A DNA stretch of 47,298 nt from the NCBI GenBank assembly GCA_025936075.1, contig JAICUC010000001.1:1-47298 (forward strand). The letters run 5' to 3'. Both the position numbers and the translations under genes were made by a program. This document shows positions 20,566 to 30,376 of the stretch, piece after piece (the first letter of the stretch is position 1; the number at the start of each line of letters is the position of its first letter). The stretch is from Nitrospira sp. GTDB lineage: Bacteria > Nitrospirota > Nitrospiria > Nitrospirales > Nitrospiraceae. A model generated the notes under the pieces. That model saw only the letters and a list, made by a program, of their open reading frames with translations, was not told where the DNA came from and made no database searches.

Positions 20566-21168
20566 TTACCCCCTCGCTAGCTCCTTAAGCCCTTTGCGAA
20601 TGAGCTCTTTCAGCGCTACCGCACCAGTTGCAGCCTTTGTCACCCTCTTCAAAGCTTCTTTGGCGTCCTGAGCGCGATAACCCAAGTTTACCAGAGCGGA
20701 GAGTGCATCCTCATAAGGGCCATCCAGCTCAGGCGCGGCAGCGGTTTGAGGACGAACACCGTGGACTTTGTCCACCTTTTCTTTCAGTTCTAGCGCAATA
20801 CGTCCAGCCGATTTCTTCCCAATCCCGGGAACGGTGGCAAGCTTTTCGATATCCTCAGACTGGATCGCATGAACAAGATCCGTGACCGACAGGCTCGAAA
20901 GCACACTGAGAGCAAGCTTCGGGCCGATGCCCGACACGCTGGTCAGCAGCAAAAACGACTCCTTCTCGCTTTGCGAGAGAAAGCCGAAGAGCTGGATGGC
21001 ATCTTCACGGAGATGCGTGTGAATATTCAGTGCGGTCACTTCGTCGAGATTCGGCAAGGCATAATAGGTGCTGAGTGGGATATGGACTTCGTACCCCACT
21101 CCCTGCACATCGAGCGTGAGGTGAGTAGGTGCCTTGAATGCCAACCGCCCCGTAAGAAAGGCGATCAT
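20566..21168 (-). CDS. ruvA: Holliday junction branch migration protein RuvA
   Basis: MIAFLTG, GVGYEV, VSGIGPKLAL, VPGIGKK, ALVNLGY. Confidence 0.96.
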   Translation of the reverse strand: MIAFLTGRLAFKAPTHLTLDVQGVGYEVHIPLSTYYALPNLDEVTALNIHTHLREDAIQLFGFLSQSEKESFLLLTSVSGIGPKLALSVLSSLSVTDLVHAIQSEDIEKLATVPGIGKKSAGRIALELKEKVDKVHGVRPQTAAAPELDGPYEDALSALVNLGYRAQDAKEALKRVTKAATGAVALKELIRKGLKELARG

Positions 21169-21214
21169 GTCGTTTCGCTATCCGAAGGTAAGAACCATGG
21201 TGGTAAGCTGGTGA

Positions 21215-21973
21215 TTATCCCGCCGCGGTTGCGGCAACTTTTTCCATCACCTCATCCGGAATATCGAAGTTTGCATGGACCTTCTGAACGTCATCATGCT
21301 CGTCCAAGACTTCCATCAACTTCAGCATTTGCTCGGCAGACTTCTCTTCCAGTCGAATCGTGTTCTGCGGGATGAAAGTGATTTCGGCCAGGGCCGTGTC
21401 AATTTTGGCATCGACCAGCGCTTTCTTCACCGCTTCAAAATCTTGTGGACTCGTGAGCACCTCATAACTCTTCTCACCGACCTTCACGTCTTCCGCCCCG
21501 GCGTCGAGGGCCAACGAAAGAAGCGTATCCTCTTCGACCTTTCCCTTCTCAATCGCGACGAGCCCCTTCTTATGGAATTGCCAGGCAACGGCGCCGGCTT
21601 CCGACATATTGCCGTGATTCTTCGTCAGGAGACTGCGAATCTCCGCAACTGTCCGGTTCCGGTTGTCGCTGGTGATTTCCAACAGGAGTGCCGTCCCTCC
21701 AGGCCCATATCCTTCTAAAGAAAATTCCTCATACGTCACACCAGGTAGTTCACCAGTACCCCGCTGGACAGCTTTCTTCATCGTGTCGCCAGGCATATTG
21801 GCTTCTTTGGCCTTGGCGATGGCTAGACGCAGGCGAGGATTTCCATCCGGATCCCCTCCGGATCGAGCCGCGATAGTGAGCTCTCTAATGATTCTTGTAA
21901 AAATCTTTCCACGCTTCGCGTCCTGGGCTCCCTTGTGCCGTTTGATCGTGGCCCAGTGACTATGTCCACCCAT
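21215..21973 (-). CDS. yebC: YebC/PmpR family protein
   Basis: MGGHSHWATIK, NPRLR, EGYGPGG, DNRNRT, DDVQKV. Confidence 0.94.
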   Translation of the reverse strand: MGGHSHWATIKRHKGAQDAKRGKIFTRIIRELTIAARSGGDPDGNPRLRLAIAKAKEANMPGDTMKKAVQRGTGELPGVTYEEFSLEGYGPGGTALLLEITSDNRNRTVAEIRSLLTKNHGNMSEAGAVAWQFHKKGLVAIEKGKVEEDTLLSLALDAGAEDVKVGEKSYEVLTSPQDFEAVKKALVDAKIDTALAEITFIPQNTIRLEEKSAEQMLKLMEVLDEHDDVQKVHANFDIPDEVMEKVAATAAG

Positions 21974-22051
21974 GTGATCCTCCTCTATCCGGCCGGGCTC
22001 TCTAGGCTGGTTAGAGATGTGTCGGATAACTGTCTTGACCGTGGTCGGCTA

Positions 22052-22081
22052 GACCTAGCACAGGCTTCAGAAAGGTGTCAA
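22052..22081 (-). promoter_or_regulatory. Possible sigma70 promoter of yebC-ruv operon
   Basis: TTGACA-18 bp-TAGGTC with upstream TG. Confidence 0.4.
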
Positions 22082-22112
22082 ACTCCATCCTGGCCCATTA
22101 CACTCTTTCTCT

Positions 22113-22907
22113 CTATTCGGAATAGACGAGAAGCAGAAGCCCAAAGAGGATCACGGAGCCCGCCCAGGCCACTTCCGCCCATTTCACAAACTGCCGTGAC
22201 GCGCCAGGCATCCATGACGCCATCGCTTTTGATAGGGCGGCACCGACTCCCACAGTTCCCAGTAAGGCATGGTGGAGCTCGATCCTCTCGCTGGCCGGGT
22301 GATTCCCGTGTGAATGGACAAACAACAGCAGACCTCCGATCAGCGTTAAGAAAACCAACGGCGCCGCCCATGCAGGGTGTCGAACCCTGCCGATTCGACG
22401 GAGTGTCTCGCATACGGCTATAGCCACCGCTAGAACGCTATAGATTTTGTGCTCGAGGATTTCCCGGTCATCACCGAAAAACGTTTCGACAAAGCCGAGT
22501 GAGCCGATCGGCCACGCATCGTGGTCGCTCCAGACCAATAGATAAACCCCGATGATACCGAGAGCACTCGGCAGAACGAGACGAATCCAGAAAGGCAGCG
22601 GAAGCCGTAATGCATAGCCCAACTCGGCAAGCCCAAAGAGCACATCACAGAGACCGGCGAAGTGATGATTGAACTCCGAATAGGCGATCCCTTCTGATGA
22701 TCCTTCCCAACCCCCCTCGACGTGTTTACGTTGGTGATCATTTGTCACCCCTGTTTCCCCCGACACAGCTTGATGGCCTGCGTGTGATTGTGCGTGTGCT
22801 TCTGAAATCCAGGTGAGCGGAACAATGACGAACAGGAGTGTGAATATCAGATAAGACCACCGCTTTACGCAGAAGCTTCTCGGCTCATAGGAGCGCAGAT
22901 AACCCAT
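22113..22907 (-). CDS. His-rich multi-TM membrane protein (paralog 2)
   Basis: Signal/TM segment then ~6 TM; YSEFNHHFAG, WSDHDAWPIG, HSHGNHP, ELHH. Confidence 0.8.
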   Translation of the reverse strand: MGYLRSYEPRSFCVKRWSYLIFTLLFVIVPLTWISEAHAQSHAGHQAVSGETGVTNDHQRKHVEGGWEGSSEGIAYSEFNHHFAGLCDVLFGLAELGYALRLPLPFWIRLVLPSALGIIGVYLLVWSDHDAWPIGSLGFVETFFGDDREILEHKIYSVLAVAIAVCETLRRIGRVRHPAWAAPLVFLTLIGGLLLFVHSHGNHPASERIELHHALLGTVGVGAALSKAMASWMPGASRQFVKWAEVAWAGSVILFGLLLLVYSE

Positions 22908-22927
22908 TTAGAGAACGCGTTCCATTT

Positions 22928-23683
22928 CTACTCGAAATACAGGAGAAGCTGAATACCCATTAAAACCACAAACCCCGCCCAAGCGACTTCCCACCTCTTC
23001 ACAAGATGAGGCGAGGCGCTGGCTGTCCACGAAATCATTGCATTCGATATCGCAGCCCCCACACCGAGACTTCCGAGAAGCGCATGGTGCAGCTCGATCA
23101 TATGATTTGCCGGGTGATTCCCATGGGAGTGGAAGAAGAGCAGCAATGTGCCGACTAGGCCGAGAAAACCCAATGGAGCCGCCCACGACGGGTGTTGAGC
23201 CCAACCGATTCGGCGAAGTGTCTCACTCACCGCAGCTGTAGTGCCAAACACACCATAGAACTTATGCTGAAGGATTTCTTGGTCCTGCCCAAAGAATGTT
23301 TGGACAAAGCTGAGTGAACCGATCGGCCAGGCCTCATGATCACTCCAGACCAGTAAATAGGCTCCGATGACACCGAGTGCACTCGGAAGAACAAGACGAA
23401 TCCAGAAAGGCAGGTGGTACCGAAGGGCATGCCCTAACTCAGCCAGACCCAACAGCAGCACGAACAGCCCAGCGAAGCGATGGTTAAATTCTGAATAGGC
23501 GATTCCTTGAGCGGACCCTTCCCATTCTCCTTCGGCATGTTCGCCGTGCGGATTGTTCGTTGTATCGGGGGCGACGGAGATTTGATGAGGCTCGGAGAAT
23601 AGTTGGGCGAGCACATCCGGTCCCCAGGGAAACTGCACGACCGTCAGCACCAGAACGGACAGCAGAGAAGCCCACTGCTTCAT
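22928..23683 (-). CDS. His-rich multi-TM membrane protein (paralog 1)
   Basis: Same motifs as neighbour (YSEFNHRFAG, WSDHEAWPIG, HSHGNHP, ELHH). Confidence 0.8.
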   Translation of the reverse strand: MKQWASLLSVLVLTVVQFPWGPDVLAQLFSEPHQISVAPDTTNNPHGEHAEGEWEGSAQGIAYSEFNHRFAGLFVLLLGLAELGHALRYHLPFWIRLVLPSALGVIGAYLLVWSDHEAWPIGSLSFVQTFFGQDQEILQHKFYGVFGTTAAVSETLRRIGWAQHPSWAAPLGFLGLVGTLLLFFHSHGNHPANHMIELHHALLGSLGVGAAISNAMISWTASASPHLVKRWEVAWAGFVVLMGIQLLLYFE

Positions 23684-23719
23684 GCGCTAGAACCCGTCGA
23701 CCGAATGAGTCCAAACAGT

Positions 23720-23760
23720 CGGAAGGCCCATCCAGGCGGCCGGATGGGCCTTCCGTTTTT
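23720..23760. terminator. GC-rich hairpin (terminator or transcript-stabilising stem)
   Basis: 14-bp perfect stem CGGAAGGCCCATCC/GGATGGGCCTTCCG; T5 on + strand, weak U-tract on - strand. Confidence 0.6.
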
Positions 23761-23780
23761 CCGATAGAAATACGTTGCTC

Positions 23781-24500
23781 TTACATGAACTTCATGAACT
23801 TGTCCTTGGCCTCGTCCATTACCTGCGCGGTGATGGTGGATACCCCACGTTCCTTCGCCAGCCGCTCGATTTCTTTTCGCGCCATAGGACGGATGAAGTC
23901 CGGGATATTGTCGAGCCGTTGTTCAGCCTCGCGTGACCACGTCATGCCGTTGGGCGAATCATTCTTCGAATCATCCATCACTTGCAGCGTGATGGTCTTA
24001 AACCCATGCTTGCGTGCATAGGTCTCGACGCTTGCTTGCACCATCGGTTTTACGAAAACTGGAAGGCGATCGAGTTTTTCCTTAGCATCGGCGGTCCAGG
24101 TGAATTCCGAAGAACTTGCGCTCGTACCATTTCCCGGCTTGCCGCTAGCCGTCAGCCCCATCTCAGCCACCATCGCCGAGAAGGGACAACCGCTCGTCTT
24201 TTCCTCAGCCTTAGCGGGCGAGACAGACGGCGTATTCTGAGTCGGTTTATTCGCAGCAGTGGCTGTTTGGCTGTCTCCCGTTAGCGCACGCAACCCTTCC
24301 ATAGAGGCCGCCGGTTCTGCTCGAGCTCCGAGCTTCAAGCCCAATGCATTCATCATGTTCGTTTCGCCGGCATTAGTCACCATCGAGAACTTCGCGCTAC
24401 ACGAGGGGCAAGCAAAAAAGACTCCGAGAGATCCCTCCTCTGGTTTTTCTACTTTCTCAAGACTCATATATGTTTCGCAGTTAAGACATACAAATTTCAT
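23781..24500 (-). CDS. Zn-ribbon plus two PCP_red-like repeats
   Basis: N-terminal CLNC...CPSC, central GCPF, two W(T/S)xxAxxxLxxxPxF(V/I)xPM repeats; RBS GAGGAG. Confidence 0.82.
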   Translation of the reverse strand: MKFVCLNCETYMSLEKVEKPEEGSLGVFFACPSCSAKFSMVTNAGETNMMNALGLKLGARAEPAASMEGLRALTGDSQTATAANKPTQNTPSVSPAKAEEKTSGCPFSAMVAEMGLTASGKPGNGTSASSSEFTWTADAKEKLDRLPVFVKPMVQASVETYARKHGFKTITLQVMDDSKNDSPNGMTWSREAEQRLDNIPDFIRPMARKEIERLAKERGVSTITAQVMDEAKDKFMKFM

Positions 24501-24569
24501 AAAGACTCCTCTATCATCAGCCCAGATGGTTGTTACATCGTTTCGGGCTAGTTACTCTTACGAAAACTT

Positions 24570-24599
24570 ACGCTATCACAAGGATTTCTGAGGAGTCAA
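24570..24599 (-). promoter_or_regulatory. Possible sigma70 promoter
   Basis: TTGACT-18 bp-TAGCGT with extended TG. Confidence 0.45.
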
Positions 24600-24747
24600 A
24601 CCGCTGGGATGAGGTAACTATCCTATCGGGGTTAGAGGCTTGAAATAGGAACCTGACAGTTATGATCCTAGTATCCGAGTGATTCCTATATCCTGGGAAG
24701 TGTCGGTTTCTCTCAGTCACTCCTTGCGACCATAATTAAATCTGTTC

Positions 24748-25682
24748 TTACTTTTCTGTCCCGGCAGGCTGGGCTGTGACATCTCGACTCAACTTTTGGC
24801 TTATGGCTTGAAGAGCTAGCCCGGCCTGTTTCTGCTTTGCCGCTTTTTGCCTTGATTCAACTTTTTCATCGAGAATTATCTCTATGCAATTCTAAGAGCA
24901 TCAAAGTGTTCCAAACACTCCTGCTCAGTCAGCTCGTGAAGACCTTTACTAAGTAGAGAATAGATAATGGGATTCTGTACTAAGAAAATGGGAAGATATT
25001 CGCGAAGAATTCGAATTTTCTCACTTGTTCTGATATAGCTTTCTTCGTCCCAACCAGTTGTACGCCTGGCTGTTTGGTGGGCTTTCTCAAGTAGGTACTC
25101 AAATACGCGTCTAAGATAAACAAACGCCCCTATCCCAACGTCATGAGAGGCGAGACCTATTCCACGCTTGAATTCTCCGAGAACCTGTTTGTCCAGAACC
25201 GCACTGTATTTGGATAGTTCCGGAAGTGCTAGATCTCCGAACGATGGGTACTGTCCAATTTTTATGATGAACTGAGTTAATCCGATTTTCTTGTTTTCGC
25301 CGATCTGGTCCAATATTATTAAGAATATGTAACGAATTTGGTGATATTCATTCCGCGCACAGCGGAAAATGACCTCAAACGTTCCATTAGGAAGAAGCGG
25401 AAGGTCGATTGTTTTTCCCGCCGCCGCTGCTAGGTTGCATTTCCTTTGAAAAGAACCAAGGCTTAAATCTTCTGGAAGAGCTTTGTTTTTGCATGTGAAT
25501 GTTGATTGCTTGCCACAATCCACACAATGGACATCCAGGGTTCCTGGGTAATATAACGTTGCCGCAATCTCAAAGACTTTGTTCGGCTCCCATATGACGC
25601 GTTCATAGAGAGGCATCTGAAGAAAGATGAAGGAAGCAGATAAGTTACTGATGCCTTTCATGACGATAACTTGCTGTGACAA
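24748..25682 (-). pseudogene. AT-rich HEPN/DUF4145-like gene with 1-bp frameshift near 24886
   Basis: ORF 24882..25682 stops at ...LRIA*, but the shifted frame continues IEIILDEKVESRQKAAKQKQAGLALQAISQKL... to a stop at 24748; GIGAFVYLRRVFE and LSKGLHE motifs. Confidence 0.6.
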
Positions 25683-25759
25683 CCAACGGAGGGGAGTCCG
25701 TATTCACCATATTGAGGGCGAAATAGGATGGTCATCTATTCATTTATTTCGGCATCCCA

Positions 25760-27604
25760 CTAAATCGAATACTGAAAAATCGGCTTCGCCCCTATAGCCC
25801 GAGCGAGAACACCCCGGCGTTTCAATTCGTCGATGATGCGAGCGGTCGCGGCGTCGAAATCCGTGGGGCCGGTGAGAGCCACATCGGTATTGGGCGGTAG
25901 CTCTTCTTCTGTTTTGCTCATGTGGACGGCGATGACGGGTGCGGGATGCACGAGGGTCCTGATCGCTTGCGAGGCCTCATGATGGGCCAGGCCAAAGGGA
26001 TTGGTTGTGGAAACAACGATAAGGCCGGTGTCGGTGAGGAGACGTGCTACTTCGCCATAGCGTCGAGCCATTTCCGTCGTCTGCCCACGTTCTTCTTCAC
26101 TGAGATCGGCATCGAGCCCACGGCGCAGGTTTTCCCCGTCCAATAAGTAGGCATGGCGCCCATCCGCCACGAGGCGGCCTTCAAGCTTTCTGGCCAAGAA
26201 CGATTTGCCGGTATGCCGTCCCCCGGTAATCAGAACGACTGCCGCCCGATGGCCGTACTGTTGCGCGCGGTCCTCGACCGTAACCTCACCCTTCACCCAT
26301 GCAAAGTCTCGTCGCCTCGCCTCTTCACGGAGAAACTCCTGATCGTCATGGACCAGTTCGGTGATGATACCGCCGCCCGCGATATCGTATTCATCCACCA
26401 GAACGAAACGACCGGTGGCTTCGAACGATGACGACAGATCGAAGGCAACCGGGGTCTTTGTGCGCAAGGTCAGTTCGGCCACTTGATTCTTGTTGATGGT
26501 GGTGCTGCCCTGTTGCTGAGCCAGATCCATCGTATCGATGATCCGATGGATCGAGGCCACTTCGCAATCCACTTCTTTAGTCGCCACGCGCAAAAGATAT
26601 TTGCGACCCTTTTCCAACGGTCTCTTGCCGAGCCAGAACAAGTTGGCGCGAACCGCCGTGGAGACCAACGGAAGATGTTCCTGATGCGAGGCGATTTCGC
26701 CGCGCTCCACAAAGATCTGCTCATCGAGCGTCACGCCAATCGATTGCCCCGCCTGCCCTTCGGTCGGTTGCGGCTCTATATTGAAGGCCTCTACTGTTCT
26801 GATGTTGGCCCGCTTGTTGGAAGGCGAAAAAACGAGGTGATCGCCGACCTTGAGACGCCCTGCGGTAATGCGCCCGGTGATGATTCGGCGCGCATCGAAT
26901 TTATAGACGTCCTGCACAGGCAGCCGAAGCGGCTGCTCCGACCGTGCCGTCTCTTTGTTGAACGCGCCGAGTGTCTCCAGGACGGTGGAACCGCTGTACC
27001 ACGACATCCGCCCGCTGCGGTTGGCGATGTTGTCGCCCAGCTTGGCGCTCACCGGAATGAACTGCGACGGCACGGCTTTGAACTGCCCCAGAAATTCCCG
27101 GTACTCTTTTTCGATCCCATCGAACACATCCTGCCGGTAACCGACCAAGTCCATCTTGTTGACGACCACCGCAAACTGGCGAACGCCCAGCAGCGACAAA
27201 AGGTACCCGTGCTTCTTGGACTGCTCCTTCACCCCTTCCAAGGCGTCGATGAGCAGCAATGCCGCCTCGGCGCGCGCGGCGCCCGAAATCATGTTCTTGA
27301 GGAACTCCTTATGCCCGGGCGCATCGATGATGATGTATTGCCGGCCTTTCCACATGAAAAAGGTGCGAGCGGTATCGATCGTAATCCCCTGCTCCTGCTC
27401 TTCGAGAAAGGCATCGAAGAGAAAAGCATATTCGAATTCCTTTCCCTGTTGCTTGCAGATTGCCTGCACTTTTTCCAACTTGCCGTCGGGCAGTGAGCCG
27501 GTGTCGGCATAGAGTCGGCCCAGTAAGGTGGACTTACCGTGATCCACATGGCCGACGATGACGATGTTCAAATTCTCAAACGGCTTGGTATCGGAGGTGG
27601 TCAT
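25760..27604 (-). CDS. cysN: Sulfate adenylyltransferase subunit 1 fused to a degenerate APS kinase domain
   Basis: [24 protein letters not shown]; C-terminal GGRHTGKS and [10 protein letters not shown]. Confidence 0.92.
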   Translation of the reverse strand: MTTSDTKPFENLNIVIVGHVDHGKSTLLGRLYADTGSLPDGKLEKVQAICKQQGKEFEYAFLFDAFLEEQEQGITIDTARTFFMWKGRQYIIIDAPGHKEFLKNMISGAARAEAALLLIDALEGVKEQSKKHGYLLSLLGVRQFAVVVNKMDLVGYRQDVFDGIEKEYREFLGQFKAVPSQFIPVSAKLGDNIANRSGRMSWYSGSTVLETLGAFNKETARSEQPLRLPVQDVYKFDARRIITGRITAGRLKVGDHLVFSPSNKRANIRTVEAFNIEPQPTEGQAGQSIGVTLDEQIFVERGEIASHQEHLPLVSTAVRANLFWLGKRPLEKGRKYLLRVATKEVDCEVASIHRIIDTMDLAQQQGSTTINKNQVAELTLRTKTPVAFDLSSSFEATGRFVLVDEYDIAGGGIITELVHDDQEFLREEARRRDFAWVKGEVTVEDRAQQYGHRAAVVLITGGRHTGKSFLARKLEGRLVADGRHAYLLDGENLRRGLDADLSEEERGQTTEMARRYGEVARLLTDTGLIVVSTTNPFGLAHHEASQAIRTLVHPAPVIAVHMSKTEEELPPNTDVALTGPTDFDAATARIIDELKRRGVLARAIGAKPIFQYSI

Positions 27605-27619
27605 AATCGTTCCATCATC

Positions 27620-27788
27620 TCAGAATGCTCAGACGAGCGGACCAGCGAGGCCGCAGTGGAGAAACAACCGGAGGCGTACTTCATTCCACCCGCCCACCCC
27701 AAGCTGCCAAGACAGCTTGCTCTCCGTGAGTACGTCGAGAATTGTTTCGATCCGAGAACGAAGCTGGATGCTCGTTTCAGCATTCTGA
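27620..27788. repeat. ~170-bp MITE/REP-like element with terminal inverted repeats
   Basis: TCAGAATGCTCAGACGAGC (27620-27638) vs reverse complement of 27770-27788, 17/19 match; internal hairpin CAAGCTG/CAGCTTG. Confidence 0.72.
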
Positions 27789-28586
27789 CTACATGTAACC
27801 GTCTTTTCGCAATAGCTCCATCCCTCGCCCTTCATCCTGTGCCCGGCCCGATCGCTCAGCTACGGTGGTATGGCGAAGTTCTTCGATGATGTCATCCACG
27901 GTCTTGGCGGTGGATTTGATCGGCGAGGTGCAGGGTGCACAGCCTAAGCTGCGATAGCGCGTGCCATTCCCCTTGTCGAGATACAAATCGATGAAGGGAA
28001 TATTCTCAAGCTTGATGTACTCCCAAATATTGATCTCGGTCCAATCCAGCAGCGGATGAATACGGATGTGAGTACCGGGCGGAAAGGTTGTCTTGTATTG
28101 GTCCCAGAGTTCCGGCGGTTGATCCCGAAAATCCCAGTCCCCATGTTTATCCCGTGGAGAGAAATAGCGTTCTTTGGCTCTCGTTCCCTCTTCATCCGCA
28201 CGAACGCCGAGAATTACGCCGGTGTAGCCTTTGTTCTCCAACAGTTGCTTGAGACCGTTCGTCTTCAGCGCCGTGCAACAAACGACACGGCCCATCGTGT
28301 GATTCATCCCTGCCGCCAAGGCTTCTTTGTTCTGGCCCACCACCAGATTCAACCGCCATTCCCGTGCAAGACGGTCCCGGTACTCGATCATCGCCGGGAT
28401 TTTATAGCTGGTATCGACATGGAGTAATGGAAACGGCACATGCCCAAAGAAGGCCTTGCGCGCCAACCACAGCAGTACCGTTGAATCTTTGCCCATGGAC
28501 CAAAGCATGGCGAGATTGCCGAAGTGTTTGTAAGCTTCACGAAGGATGTAGACGCTTTGATCTTCAAGTTGCCGCAGGTGTCTCAT
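27789..28586 (-). CDS. cysD: Sulfate adenylyltransferase subunit 2
   Basis: [48 protein letters not shown]. Confidence 0.95.
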   Translation of the reverse strand: MRHLRQLEDQSVYILREAYKHFGNLAMLWSMGKDSTVLLWLARKAFFGHVPFPLLHVDTSYKIPAMIEYRDRLAREWRLNLVVGQNKEALAAGMNHTMGRVVCCTALKTNGLKQLLENKGYTGVILGVRADEEGTRAKERYFSPRDKHGDWDFRDQPPELWDQYKTTFPPGTHIRIHPLLDWTEINIWEYIKLENIPFIDLYLDKGNGTRYRSLGCAPCTSPIKSTAKTVDDIIEELRHTTVAERSGRAQDEGRGMELLRKDGYM

Positions 28587-28605
28587 AGGCTTGTTCCTTA
28601 AAATC

Positions 28606-29646
28606 TTACGCCGCGACCGGCTGTCGCACCAATTCATCGAGCTTGCGCCCTGCGGCTCCTCCATCAAGCGCCGCGCGTGCAGCCGGAAAGCAGGCCGACA
28701 AGGACACCCCTCTGCCCGCCGCGTAGAGCAACATGGCCGCATTCATCAACACCCAATCTCGCGGCCCACCCGGAACCTGATTCCGAAGAATTCGCCGGAT
28801 CAGGTCGGCTTCCCTGTCTCGTTGATCGGGGGGAAATCCGGCCATCTCTCTTGATGGGACAAATGCCAGCCCGAAATCTTTCGGAGCCACTCCCAACGGC
28901 GTAATGCGCTCATCACGCAGTTCCAGAACTCTCGTCGCCATCGAGGCGGACAACTCCGGATCACCTTCAACTCCACGGATCACCAATGCTCGTCGGCACC
29001 CGAGGATTCGCAAGGCTTCGGCTGTCTTTTCAAAATGCGGCGGATGCGTCAACCCCACGACTTGCACCGGCGCTCGACCCGGGTTCAGGAGCCTGGCAAT
29101 TGGATGGAACACATTCCTGACCCCGAGCTCTTGGCGCATCTCCAAAAATCGATAGAGTGGCGGGTGGTACAATCCGATATCCAGATAGGCAAAGCCCTTT
29201 CTATTCACTTCTTCGGAAACCAACTTGGGATCGGCATCAACCGGAATACCCAAGGCTTTCAGGACTCCGGCACTGCCCGGCCGACCAGGAATGCCATCAT
29301 AGCCGTGCATCAAGACTGCAGCGCCAGCTGCAACTGCAACAATGGACGCGGCAATAGTCGCATGAAACGTGTCCTGCTTTCCGGCATAGGTCGGGACATC
29401 GACCAAGGCCAAGTCCCGCGAGACAGTGAGAGGAGGTACATATTGCCGGGCCGCGGCGGTCAGTGCCGCCAATTCGGTAACCGACTCCATCTTGAATCGC
29501 ATGGCAATGAGAAAGGCCCCCGTTTGCGCCGGTGTGGCCTCACCTTCAATCAACGCCTTCATCGCCTGCTTGCACTCATCCCATGTGAGATCCTTGGAAG
29601 CTTTCGGTCCCTTGGCGATCTTGGCGAGGAGATTTTGAATCGGCAT
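28606..29646 (-). CDS. Anthranilate phosphoribosyltransferase-like protein (TrpD2/YbiB-like)
   Basis: [11 protein letters not shown]-domain, LGVRNVF, RLLNP; PTYAGK replaces TrpD GTGGD. Confidence 0.8.
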   Translation of the reverse strand: MPIQNLLAKIAKGPKASKDLTWDECKQAMKALIEGEATPAQTGAFLIAMRFKMESVTELAALTAAARQYVPPLTVSRDLALVDVPTYAGKQDTFHATIAASIVAVAAGAAVLMHGYDGIPGRPGSAGVLKALGIPVDADPKLVSEEVNRKGFAYLDIGLYHPPLYRFLEMRQELGVRNVFHPIARLLNPGRAPVQVVGLTHPPHFEKTAEALRILGCRRALVIRGVEGDPELSASMATRVLELRDERITPLGVAPKDFGLAFVPSREMAGFPPDQRDREADLIRRILRNQVPGGPRDWVLMNAAMLLYAAGRGVSLSACFPAARAALDGGAAGRKLDELVRQPVAA

Positions 29647-29647
29647 G

Positions 29648-30361
29648 TTACGACTTGTGTAGTCCGCACTCGGTCTTGGCAAAATTCTTCCAGCGACCGG
29701 CCCTAGGATCATCGCCAGGTGCCACTTGGGTGGTGCAGTAGGTGCAGCCGATGCTGGGATAATTCTGATCATGCAGGGGGTTGTACGGGACTTCGTAGAC
29801 CTTGATGTAGGTCCACACGTCGGTCGACGTCCATCGGGCGAGGGGATTAATCTTGATCAATTCAAACTTCTGGTCCCACTCGATCAACCCGGCATTGGCA
29901 CGGGACGGGGATTGATCACGCCTGATTCCGGTAATCCATGCGTCGTATCCTTGCAGAACGCGGGCCAGTGGTTCGACTTTCCGCAGCCGGCAGCACTGGT
30001 CCGGATCTCGAACCCACAGAGCCTCGCCGTACGATTCCGCTTGTGCCTCCGGTGTGAGCAAGGACTTCACCTGGATAACCTGCGCCGCCTGAAGACCGTA
30101 TCGTTCAATCACTCGGTCTCGCGTGGCGTAGGTTTCAGGAAATAAAAAATCGGTATCGAGATAGAACAACGGCACCGTGGGATTGATGCGATGGACCATA
30201 TCGACAAGCACGACATCTTCGGCCCCGAAACTGCAGGCCAGAACGATCTTCTCGTATCGTTCAATGGCCGCTGTCAGTGCATCTTGCGGCTGCTTCGTCT
30301 CAAACGAAGCGCTCAAGGCTTTGAGCTCTGCGATCAGTTCGGAATGTCCATTGACGGTCAT
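29648..30361 (-). CDS. cysH: APS/PAPS reductase (4Fe-4S APS-type)
   Basis: SFGAED, CC..RKVEPL, SIGCTYCT, RAGRW, ECGLH. Confidence 0.93.
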   Translation of the reverse strand: MTVNGHSELIAELKALSASFETKQPQDALTAAIERYEKIVLACSFGAEDVVLVDMVHRINPTVPLFYLDTDFLFPETYATRDRVIERYGLQAAQVIQVKSLLTPEAQAESYGEALWVRDPDQCCRLRKVEPLARVLQGYDAWITGIRRDQSPSRANAGLIEWDQKFELIKINPLARWTSTDVWTYIKVYEVPYNPLHDQNYPSIGCTYCTTQVAPGDDPRAGRWKNFAKTECGLHKS

Positions 30362-30376
30362 GGCGAATCGGATTCC

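Noticed and set aside
21974-22050. Stem-loop in the yebC leader (TATCCG/CGGATA, TCTCTA/TAGAGA)
   Set aside because: Short stems that could arise by chance; no known motif
26483-27496. 337-aa plus-strand ORF (and similar long antisense ORFs over rpsA, sir, fmt, sppA)
   Set aside because: Antisense shadows of well-conserved genes, with no recognisable motifs
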